Notes under the pieces: generated by a model
The model's input: the letters and a program-made list of their open reading frames with translations, nothing else
What the model was told of the DNA's origin: nothing
The model's database searches: none
Origin: Diplonema japonicum
Lineage: Eukaryota > Protista > Euglenozoa: Diplonemea
DNA length: 64,000 bases
Reading direction: 5' to 3'
NCBI GenBank assembly: GCA_964019335.1
Contig: OZ025733.1
Location: 355,049-419,048 of the forward strand
Position numbers and translations under genes: made by a program
Part shown: piece after piece, positions 55,393-64,000 of the stretch
Position numbering within the stretch: position 1 is the stretch's first letter
How the letters are laid out: each line of letters begins with the position of its first letter

Positions 55393-56820
55393 ATGAATCC
55401 ATGGCAAGAATACTTCGGTCACTACCAAGAAACTGCAGATAAACATGGGAGACAAAAGTCAAGGGCCGTGAGCGAGGAGATCTTGCAGTTCTTCGAGGAT
55501 GTTAGCATACACGCGAAGGAGGTGTGGCGGGTGTGGGACAGTGACTGCAGCGAGCAAGACAAGCGGTACAGGCTACAGAGTTTCAACAAGTGGTTTAAGC
55601 TGAATGAGTTGAGGCTGGCCAGCCATCCTTTTGAAATGACAATGACTGGAACGTGGAGGCCTTTATGCTGTTCCATCACGATGCTACTTAGAGTGTTGCA
55701 GCTGTCTCTTATAGATAATAGCAGCAGCGACCCGCTCATCTACTTCAACAACACACACCTGTACCGTGTAGTGGCATGTCTTATGATTAAAATGGTGGCA
55801 TGCCGCGACGAGGACCTCTGCAGAGATGCCCATGAGATGCATCAGATGATCAACTTCGGGATGGCCATGGGCAAGAAGCCTTACGAGTTGCGCATCCCTA
55901 GCGTGTCATCGGCGGACCACATCGTGCTGACAGAAGGGATCAAACTCGTGGGGTCAGATGCATGGTACATCGAAACAATCCGTAATGCACCTGGCAACTT
56001 GCTACGGTACCCTTTGGGTTGGATAGAGTTCTTTGCTTCGCCAGAGAAGGTGAGCGAAAACAACTTCACAACACCAAATATGCTGCTTGACGCCGCACGG
56101 TACAACAGCATAGTTCTTGAGCTCGAACAGAGTGTGTTGGCCAACAAAATACTTGAAGATGATGATGTGCAGAAGATGGTGGACTGCATACAAGTACAGC
56201 AGTGCAGGGTGATCGAGACGGGACGTGGTTCGCATGCTTTGCTGTGGATTAGTGCACTTGCTGAGATGCTGACGTTCACGCGAATTGTTGTCGATGAACC
56301 GGAAAACGAGGCTGGCCAAGTACCCAGCACAGATAGTGTGGATGGTGTGCTGTACCAGAAGATTCCACCCCATCACGATTCCACTGGAGTAGTTGCCTTC
56401 CCCGAGAAGATCAAGACCACCATACGTGACTGTCTCTCGGATCTCATAGCTAAGTCGATAATGTTCGATCCCCTCCGTAACGTACATTGTTGGCACATTG
56501 CTGATAGAGCCCTGCTCGTATACCACGAAGTCCCCGCCCTTGGCAAGCCACCACGCGAAGTCCGATCTGACTATCTCGTTGCCCAGCAGATGTACGAAGT
56601 TATGAGGGAGTTACATGGAAGCTACTTTGGGCTTTCATTGAAAACACAAGAGCAGCAGTACAAAGAGAAGCTGATTGGCCTTCTGGACGAGCCGCATACC
56701 CAGGAAAGAATTCAGGGCTGCGTGAAGGAACTGAAAGGCACACGTGCCATCGTTGGGGCTACCTTATTGCTCGCTGAGAGCAGCTATAGAAACACGATGA
56801 AGAAACATAGGAGTAGCTGA
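55393..56820 (+). CDS. Hypothetical helical protein, tandem paralogue 1
   Basis: Shares WQ...GHYQ, KWFKLNELRLA, NNTHLYRV.A.LM.KMVAC and HALLWI..LAE.L with the next gene. Confidence 0.8.
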   Translation: MNPWQEYFGHYQETADKHGRQKSRAVSEEILQFFEDVSIHAKEVWRVWDSDCSEQDKRYRLQSFNKWFKLNELRLASHPFEMTMTGTWRPLCCSITMLLRVLQLSLIDNSSSDPLIYFNNTHLYRVVACLMIKMVACRDEDLCRDAHEMHQMINFGMAMGKKPYELRIPSVSSADHIVLTEGIKLVGSDAWYIETIRNAPGNLLRYPLGWIEFFASPEKVSENNFTTPNMLLDAARYNSIVLELEQSVLANKILEDDDVQKMVDCIQVQQCRVIETGRGSHALLWISALAEMLTFTRIVVDEPENEAGQVPSTDSVDGVLYQKIPPHHDSTGVVAFPEKIKTTIRDCLSDLIAKSIMFDPLRNVHCWHIADRALLVYHEVPALGKPPREVRSDYLVAQQMYEVMRELHGSYFGLSLKTQEQQYKEKLIGLLDEPHTQERIQGCVKELKGTRAIVGATLLLAESSYRNTMKKHRSS

Positions 56821-56869
56821 ATAGTTACATTTCTTTCCGTGCGAAGTACGAGCTTTTTTCAGCGACAAG

Positions 56870-58312
56870 ATGAACATTGGACTATGGCAGCACAGTTATG
56901 GCCACTACCAAACAGTGATTGGCATGATGAGTGGTGAGGCTCCGGAGAACGAGGCAGAAGTGCATTTTACAGAAGACCTTAGAGGGCAAGCTGAGCAGCT
57001 GGAACAAGTGTGGGATAGTGATACGAGCATGCTGGACAAGCAGCATAGTCTCCAGGGTTTTGTGAAATGGTTCAAGCTGAATGAACTTCGCCTAGCTGGC
57101 CAGCCACTGGACACAAGCACAGAAATGCCATTGTGCGCCAGTCTTTGCATGCTTCTCAAAGTGTTGCAGCAGTCCCTTCTCGATAGTGCCCATGATAACT
57201 GCAGGTTGCTCAAACTATGCAACAACACACACCTGTACCGTGTCATTGCACGACTTATGTTCAAAATGGTGGCATGTGGCGAGGTAGACAGGTGCAATCT
57301 TGCAGACCTGAAATGGTTTGCTAAAAACCTCCAAAGGGACAAGTACAAATCACGAATGCCCAGTGTATCGGCTATCGATCACAATATCATTACGGAAGGG
57401 GCTCAGGCAACAGGGACTTCGATCTCAGATCTCCGAGCATTGGCCAACGCAGCAAAGGTGTTCTTAAAATTCCCTGTTAACAAGCAAGAGCTCGTTAGTT
57501 TCGCAAGTACAAAAACAGGTGCGAACAAGGAGGTATTCCTTGGAGCAGCTGTACATGATACATTGGCCCTGAAGCTCAAGCAAGAGCTACGGAACACTGG
57601 TGATGCACGCGCGAAATGCATGATAAGGGATGTGCATGAGCACCATGGGCGAGTGATGGGGACGGAGTCAGATAAAATGATTCAAAAACAACAGCGAGCA
57701 CATGCTTTGCTGTGGATAAATGTTCTTGCAGAGCTACTGGTCTTCTCAGGTGCTGCGAGTGATGAGGGTAAGCATGAATGCGCGTTTCCTGAGGTGGTAA
57801 AGGACGTGCTATTACATTGCTTAGCAGATATCCTCAGACAAGAAGGACCTTTCGATTGCAGGAACATGGAGGACATCAACGATACCGGTCTAGTGAAAAT
57901 AGGGACAATTGCAAGTGTGCGTTACAGAGCAGCCATAGCGTGTCACGATGTGCAGGTCAATGGCAAGCTCAGTTGTGATCAGTCACGACGGATGGATGAC
58001 ACATGGGAGAGGATGGTTGCCTGCAAGCACTGCACAGGAATGATGCAAGCACTAGACAAAGTGAGAAAAGATACGGAAGATACTGAGAAGATATACAGAG
58101 ATTACTTCAACCTCACTCTAAAGAAGGAAGCCCAAGAATGCAAGGAAAAGCTGATGCGGCTGCTTGACGAAGTGGACGAGACCACAGGGCCCATCGATGG
58201 TAAGCTTCAAGAAATCAAAGAGTGTGTAAGGAAACTTAACTGCGAAGTAACTGAACGGGAAGTTACGATGCTGTTGATGCAACGCAGCCTCAAATACAAC
58301 AGCGCCTGCTGA
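56870..58312 (+). CDS. Hypothetical helical protein, tandem paralogue 2
   Basis: Same motifs as 55393..56820; only 49 bp downstream of it. Confidence 0.8.
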   Translation: MNIGLWQHSYGHYQTVIGMMSGEAPENEAEVHFTEDLRGQAEQLEQVWDSDTSMLDKQHSLQGFVKWFKLNELRLAGQPLDTSTEMPLCASLCMLLKVLQQSLLDSAHDNCRLLKLCNNTHLYRVIARLMFKMVACGEVDRCNLADLKWFAKNLQRDKYKSRMPSVSAIDHNIITEGAQATGTSISDLRALANAAKVFLKFPVNKQELVSFASTKTGANKEVFLGAAVHDTLALKLKQELRNTGDARAKCMIRDVHEHHGRVMGTESDKMIQKQQRAHALLWINVLAELLVFSGAASDEGKHECAFPEVVKDVLLHCLADILRQEGPFDCRNMEDINDTGLVKIGTIASVRYRAAIACHDVQVNGKLSCDQSRRMDDTWERMVACKHCTGMMQALDKVRKDTEDTEKIYRDYFNLTLKKEAQECKEKLMRLLDEVDETTGPIDGKLQEIKECVRKLNCEVTEREVTMLLMQRSLKYNSAC

Positions 58313-58686
58313 AGTGTTACGGATGCTCACTTTTCTTTTCTTTTCAGTGAGCACCCCCATGCACACTGAAACTTTATCGAATTTCTTTTTTTTTTTACTG
58401 CACTTTATTGGTCGCTCCCTGTGACTGATAAAGTTTCTAAAGGAAGTTGGGATCTTTGCTTCCTATTTAACGATCAGTGTAAGTGGGTTCACCGAACCAA
58501 CCTTGAAAGGGGCCAACACCCATTCTCGAATTGACAGAGCACTTCTGAACCCTTACTGCACAATTACTGGTACCGCTCGTGCAATAAGCAAGTTTTTTTA
58601 CTGTTTCTCTTTTTTTCCTTGCGATCCCGCTAGGGAAGTAGGTGCATTTCAGGTAATTTAGAAACATAGAAGTAGAAAAATAAAAC

Positions 58687-61224
58687 ATGCTGCAGCCCAA
58701 AAGTCCTTCCGTAATGCCTAGAGCCCTCCCAACTTCTCCGTACAAAAAACAAGCGACCAGCAAGCAAGCAACAGTTGTGTCTTCAGACCGCGTGGCGAGC
58801 ACTGTGACAAGCGAAGTAGGTTTCACCCCCGTACCTCCAAGCTGCTCATTGTCAGGTCCCGTAACATGGGTAGCGCCGCCAGTGGTGCGTGCAGTGAACA
58901 AAAACGAGAAAGAGATGAGCGAGGGGTTTAACCAGTTTCGGAACACGCTTTACCATTTGCTTGAGAAGATCGAAGCCCCGACATTGCAGAGTAAATGGGA
59001 AGCTGTGCGCCATCACCTTGAGACCTACGATAACGAGGAAGTCGGCGAGCAGATCAAAGAAAACATTAAGAGTCTCCTTCATGCCCATTCAGCGTCGCCC
59101 CCAGTGCCTGATCTCTTCACATGCTTTCATTGGCTGTTGGGCTTGCTGCTGCGGTACAACATGGGTCTGGCTCCGTACCTAGCTCAGATTGAGGCGTATC
59201 TCTTGGATTGTGTCTATGTTATGCCCCCAAGGCCTCCTGAGCTTGGCTACGAGGCTCCTGATGTGGAACAACTGCGCAGTGTATTTGGTGAGAAGACCTA
59301 CGCCCAGGCACTTAAGCAGTACTCTACGAAGATGGCACGCGACATCAATGACGCTGAGAACGATATCAAAAAGCGTATAAAGCTCTCAGCAATCCTCAAC
59401 AAGGTGATCTCGTACTGGCAGACTGCATTCCTGGGGAAGATTCTCTGCTCGTGGAATAACTACATAAAACACTCAAAGAACTCTAGCCAGCTCAATAAAC
59501 AGATCGAGCACCTTGAGAAGTCAATCGGCACTGCAGAGGCACAGGTAGTCAGCCTCACGAACAAGGGTGAGGAGGAGGCGGCGGCAGCCGCAGAGAAGCT
59601 TCGGACGACGCAGATTCAGCTAGAGGTAGAGATCAAGAAACGCAAAAAGGATAGCGATAATTATGAGGAGCAGATCAGAGAGTTGGAGACACAGGTGAAG
59701 CACTTGATAGCACAGCGTAATGAAGCAGAAGCACGAGCGGCAGAGGGAGAGAAGCTGAACACTATTTTGACAACTGCAACGAAGCTAGATACCACTGACC
59801 ATGAGACAATGCTGCAGAATAAACTGCTTGCAGCAGGAGGGGGCCTTGTCGCATGGTGCAACGCTTTGCTGGAGTCTTCTGACACCTACAAGGAATCCAA
59901 CCTCCCTCCCTTTACAGATGAAAGCCTCTATGAAGGAAGTACCTCTAAACACCTCTTAGTGCTGCTCAAGATCATGGCTCCGAAGTTGATATCTGACACT
60001 ACTTTCCGAGCTGCTATGTCTCACACGAATCCCGTGAAGGTATGCGAGGCTGTCATGGAACTGGGCCACGTAATGGGTCTCACAATGACCCTCTTTACGC
60101 CCACTGGACTGGCTTCGGACGGTGTTCCCGGGCGGCGCTCAAGGATGTGCTTGCTTACAGTGCTTGGAGTCCGAGTGCTCGCAGGACGTGCCGAGGGCCA
60201 GGATTCTTTCTACGGCAATACCGTCGTTGGGGGGTGGTTTAAGTCAACAGTACGGCCAAGCCCGACCGAATGGACACAAACGGTTACCACCTTGCAGGAA
60301 AGGCAGAAGCAGTTGAAAAGCTTGCTGCAGATGAATCTTGTGCCCATCTTGAAAGAGTATGTTCAAACTGAAGGTGGGTCTGCCTTGTCCAAGTGCGAAG
60401 TACGCGATAAAGGTGAGTTCGTTGACGGTGTGGACCCCGAGTCGTATGATGACCTGCTAGAGGAGGGCTGCAACAAAGATGAGGAAACGCTGAAGATCCG
60501 CTCAGTACTAGATGACAACTACCGTGTGCTGCGCAACGTGTACCTCTATTATGGAGCGACAGACACGAGCTCCAGCAACACAGAGATAGATAAAAAAGAG
60601 TTCGCGAAGCTCATGAAGGACTGTGGACTGAAGTCCAGTGCGAATAAGATCTGGGCGACGGCGAATACCGACAAAGAAGACTCCATGCTGACACCCTCCG
60701 AGTACAGCACAGCACTGATTCGGTGCGTCGCTGTTGCGGGTGACACGAAGAAGCCCCTCTCTGAGAGATTCGGAGATCTCGTGAGCAAGGTGATCATACC
60801 CAAAGCAAACTACACCAGTATAGAGGAGTTCAAAACACAGCTTAGTGCAGCTACAGTCCAGAACGCACTTCTAACATACACATCTCCTGTTCGCAGGGTT
60901 TTCAAGTATTATGCGAAGAAAGGTGGTTTGGAGAAGGAAGCCGCCCTGAGCTACCCTGAATTCCAGCACTTCTGCAATGATATCAGAATCATTGACACTA
61001 ACTGCACGCATCTCTCCCTGAAACACATGTTCCTCGCGCTGCAAGATGACGTACAGACAACGCGAGACCCAACACTGGACATGCAGGAGTTCAAGAGCAT
61101 CCTCGTTGGCCTTGCTTGCTTCAAGTACCCTGCCCCTTATATCCCTTTGTACCAAAAAGCCAAGAATTTCTTGCATTCTGTGTTCGCCTCAAGCGGAAAC
61201 CTTGCCGCGATTGTCAAATTTTAG
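58687..61224 (+). CDS. Coiled-coil, CH-like and EF-hand-like protein (cytoskeletal/flagellar type)
   Basis: Coiled coil at aa ~260-360, LVAWCNALL (CH-like start), and EF-hand-like pairs (IDKKEFAKLMKD, LTPSEY, LSYPEFQHFCND, LDMQEFKSIL). Confidence 0.7.
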   Translation: MLQPKSPSVMPRALPTSPYKKQATSKQATVVSSDRVASTVTSEVGFTPVPPSCSLSGPVTWVAPPVVRAVNKNEKEMSEGFNQFRNTLYHLLEKIEAPTLQSKWEAVRHHLETYDNEEVGEQIKENIKSLLHAHSASPPVPDLFTCFHWLLGLLLRYNMGLAPYLAQIEAYLLDCVYVMPPRPPELGYEAPDVEQLRSVFGEKTYAQALKQYSTKMARDINDAENDIKKRIKLSAILNKVISYWQTAFLGKILCSWNNYIKHSKNSSQLNKQIEHLEKSIGTAEAQVVSLTNKGEEEAAAAAEKLRTTQIQLEVEIKKRKKDSDNYEEQIRELETQVKHLIAQRNEAEARAAEGEKLNTILTTATKLDTTDHETMLQNKLLAAGGGLVAWCNALLESSDTYKESNLPPFTDESLYEGSTSKHLLVLLKIMAPKLISDTTFRAAMSHTNPVKVCEAVMELGHVMGLTMTLFTPTGLASDGVPGRRSRMCLLTVLGVRVLAGRAEGQDSFYGNTVVGGWFKSTVRPSPTEWTQTVTTLQERQKQLKSLLQMNLVPILKEYVQTEGGSALSKCEVRDKGEFVDGVDPESYDDLLEEGCNKDEETLKIRSVLDDNYRVLRNVYLYYGATDTSSSNTEIDKKEFAKLMKDCGLKSSANKIWATANTDKEDSMLTPSEYSTALIRCVAVAGDTKKPLSERFGDLVSKVIIPKANYTSIEEFKTQLSAATVQNALLTYTSPVRRVFKYYAKKGGLEKEAALSYPEFQHFCNDIRIIDTNCTHLSLKHMFLALQDDVQTTRDPTLDMQEFKSILVGLACFKYPAPYIPLYQKAKNFLHSVFASSGNLAAIVKF

Positions 61225-61512
61225 TACAGGAACAACAAGTTAGCAAGAGTGCAAATGATGCGCGAGAAACCTTAGTCCCATGGCAAGAGATCCATATTCT
61301 TGTCGACCCAAACGCTCCTTACTTGGAGAGGCCACTGATGTTCCCTCGCTCAAACACCTTCTTCTTATCCAGAAAAGCCCATAGACCCTTATCGTTTTTT
61401 TAGGGAAGTTACATTTACAAGAACGAGTGACAGAGAAATTTCCATTTTCTCGGCTCTTTTTCTCCGCGAGTTCTTCTTTGCTTTTCTATTATCAAGGTTT
61501 ACGTCGTACAGG

Positions 61513-62223
61513 ATGTCTAATAGTAAGGCAGATGACGAGGAGCGGAGGATGAAGCTTGCCGAGGAGATATACGAGCAGCTGTTGCAGGAGGCGGGTATCG
61601 ATGACAATGTGCCACAAGAAGATGAAGGAATGGATTCAGTAAAGAGCGCAGGGGCCGCTGCGAATGAAATCAGCGAGGTCAGCGTGACGGCAACCAAGCC
61701 GTCTGCCCAGAATAAGAGCCATGTAAGTCACGGGCAGTCGGAGTATTCTCCAGAGGCGTCTGCGCCAAAACACGATTCTCAAGCCCATGCCACGGTAGGG
61801 CCCGTTCCCAGCCCCGCGTCAATCACTCCTGCGCCTACTCCGCCTGCGCAACCGATCTCGCGCCAGCACGTATCTGAACTAGTTGCTGTACAGCACAGCC
61901 AGCATAGCAGACGGAGTCAAAAAAGCCAGAAGGAAGAGAAAGCTAAGTGGGAGCGCCGTTTGCAGCGTGCTGCTGAGCAAAAGCGGCAGAAGCACCTAGC
62001 CAACAAGGTTGAGTTTCTCCAGAACGAGGTCATGCAGCTGAAAGGCAGAATGAAGGAGATGCGGCATATCACGTATCCACTCATCATGCCGCGCCCCGCT
62101 CAGGCTTATCCCCCCCAGCCGCACTATGCTCCAAGTCAGTACCCCCCCAGTCAGAGCCTTCAGGGACATAACGGTTCGGGCTGCCCTCAGCAGTATGCTG
62201 CCGAACCGATATTCAATGTCTAG
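61513..62223 (+). CDS. Hypothetical protein with a short basic coiled coil
   Basis: 236-aa ORF; KWERRLQRAAEQKRQKHLANKVEFLQNEVMQLKGRM is loosely bZIP-like. Confidence 0.65.
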   Translation: MSNSKADDEERRMKLAEEIYEQLLQEAGIDDNVPQEDEGMDSVKSAGAAANEISEVSVTATKPSAQNKSHVSHGQSEYSPEASAPKHDSQAHATVGPVPSPASITPAPTPPAQPISRQHVSELVAVQHSQHSRRSQKSQKEEKAKWERRLQRAAEQKRQKHLANKVEFLQNEVMQLKGRMKEMRHITYPLIMPRPAQAYPPQPHYAPSQYPPSQSLQGHNGSGCPQQYAAEPIFNV

Positions 62224-62312
62224 AACCTTCCTGTATTGTACTGTATCTGTACTGTTTTTCTTTTGCTTCTACACACGCTTTCATCGCCTTCGTAAGACGC
62301 AAGCATATAAAA

Positions 62313-62873
62313 ATGGCAGCCTTTGCGCGGCATCAGGAGACAATGGCGCAAATCGCTAAAGCACAGGAAGAGGGCCTGATACTTAAGGATAAGCAGTACG
62401 CCCCAAGGAAAGCGGTTTTGCAAAACAACTTGTTGTATGGAGATATGGGTGTGAAAGCACTGTGCAAGAGGAACGGGGAAGGGAGTGAGCTGCGAAAGCT
62501 TGGTGTTCAAGGGAACGAGCTGAAAGATGTGCAGAAGGTGCTGTGGCACTACAAGGAGTGGTGCAGTGTGTTGTGTAACTCTAAGAACTCCAGCCAGCTT
62601 ATCAAAGAACTGCGGGACATGCCGTCAACAAAAATAACAGCAGCAGCGAGGGCTGTTTTTGACCTTAATAACATGCCTGAGCCACAGCAGCAAGCACATC
62701 CAGAGACTAACCAGCCAGCACCTGCACCTGTGCCTGTACCTGAACCTCAAGCCGCCCCCGTTGCTGTCCATCAAATTAACTTTGAGGACATTGTAGATGA
62801 GACAGGCGGGGAGTACGACATAGACGACATTGGTGATATGATGGACATGGCAATCGATGCCGATGGATTTTAG
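62313..62873 (+). CDS. Hypothetical protein with an acidic C-terminus
   Basis: 186-aa ORF on the same strand as its neighbours, with coding-like composition. Confidence 0.6.
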   Translation: MAAFARHQETMAQIAKAQEEGLILKDKQYAPRKAVLQNNLLYGDMGVKALCKRNGEGSELRKLGVQGNELKDVQKVLWHYKEWCSVLCNSKNSSQLIKELRDMPSTKITAAARAVFDLNNMPEPQQQAHPETNQPAPAPVPVPEPQAAPVAVHQINFEDIVDETGGEYDIDDIGDMMDMAIDADGF

Positions 62874-63283
62874 ATTGTTATTATTATGTATTCTGTTTAA
62901 GACTCGTTTGCGCACAGAGCTTCGTTCTTGATTTACACAGTGTTCAAATATGTAAAGAAGTTGTCCGGGAAGAGGCGTTCATATTTTTTCGTCACGCCTG
63001 TACGAAAAGGCGGCGAAAGTTGAAAGGAGGTTCAAACTGGTTTGGGTGGGGAAGGTGCTGAGCAAGTTCAGGATGGACATGGGCGGCAGGCGCGAGGAGC
63101 TCGTCAGACGAAGTGGTGCGCATTGGAGAACGAGGTCTCGACGAGAAAAGAGGATAGAAGAAAAAAGAAAATAAGGCACCCATCAAGACGCCGTTGCGGC
63201 AACTGAGCACAAGACAGTAGAAGGGGGAGAAGAAAAAAGAAAAAAAAAGTTGTACACTCAAAAAACACGTGGAAATAAATACT

Positions 63284-63583
63284 AGGTGGCGTTAAGCGTG
63301 CAACGAAGCACGAACTATTTACTTGATGACAGGGGGCGCTCTTCGGCAGTAGCTTCTTCTGCGTTCCGCGTCGTGTCCTTCATGCGTGCGATGTGCAACC
63401 CTAGCCGGGGGGCATCTAGGGTAACCAAGATTCTGCGCTCGTGCAGTTTGCTGCCTGTTCGTCACCCTGAGCATCTGCATTACGTTCTTCCACTCGGGCG
63501 CTACTGGTGATGACCGACGAGGAGGTCAACAGCGAACAACACATCTGATGTACTTCTTATATTTCCATGTTATCCCCACCACC
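63284..63583 (-). mobile_element. Kolobok-like MITE, copy 3
   Basis: Shares TGATGACCGACGAGGAGGTCAACAGCGAACAACACATCTGATGTACTTCT with copy 2 and ends CCCCACCACC|TTAA. Confidence 0.75.
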
Positions 63584-63705
63584 TTAATAAATATAATAGC
63601 TATTACTGCCAAGTAATTCTTCGGGCTCTAGATGGTAAAATGCGGAGCCGAGAAGCGGTAAAGTCATTCCTTGGATAAGTAAGTGGTTTTATTTCACGAC
63701 TCCAC

Positions 63706-64000
63706 AACCCGCAAACCCGCAAACCCGCAAACCCGCAAACCCGCAAACCCGCAAACCCGCAAACCCGCAAACCCGCAAACCCGCAAACCCGCAAACCCGC
63801 AAACCCGCAAACCCGCAAACCCGCAAACCCGCAAACCCGCAAACCCGCAAACCCGCAAACCCGCAAACCCGCAAACCCGCAAACCCGCAAACCCGCAAAC
63901 CCGCAAACCCGCAAACCCGCAAACCCGCAAACCCGCAAACCCGCAAACCCGCAAACCCGCAAACCCGCAAACCCGCAAACCCGCAAACCCGCAAACCCGC
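63706..64000. repeat. Perfect 8-bp tandem array (AAACCCGC)n, ~37 copies, running off the window edge
   Basis: Directly visible; no variant units seen. Confidence 0.97.

Noticed and set aside
63603-63994. Minus-strand ORFs of repeated RVCGFAGL
   Set aside because: Translation artefact of the stop-free 8-bp satellite.

Overview
Eukaryotic genomic DNA, most consistent with a euglenozoan (diplonemid-like) protist; this is inferred from gene organisation and is not proven. About 30 protein genes all lie on the + strand, often only 50-100 bp apart, like a directional (polycistronic) gene cluster. Eleven genes are split by 19 GT-AG introns, 18 of them only 34-73 nt long. Many of these introns carry poly(A) where a polypyrimidine tract is expected, and all sit near CDS ends. 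Recognisable products include a syntaxin, a large PqiA-domain membrane protein, a PPR-like protein, an LRR protein, a kinesin with a C2-like tail, a cytochrome b5/b5-reductase fusion and a CAMKK-like kinase with a hidden Dpy-30/RIIa-like exon. Also present are a flavodoxin-RhaM fusion, an M23 peptidase, a coiled-coil/PDZ protein, two UNC-93-like transporters and two EF-hand-like proteins. The most striking gene is a glutamine-dependent carbamoyl-phosphate synthetase fused to an apparently catalytically dead argininosuccinate synthase domain. Non-coding DNA holds several non-autonomous transposon families (TTAA-flanked Kolobok-like and piggyBac-like MITEs, Crypton-like hairpin elements) and a 6-kb gene desert. 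The window ends in a perfect (AAACCCGC)n array. Left-hand spacers are saturated with homopolymers, whereas right-hand spacers are not. All calls were made by eye, with no database search.
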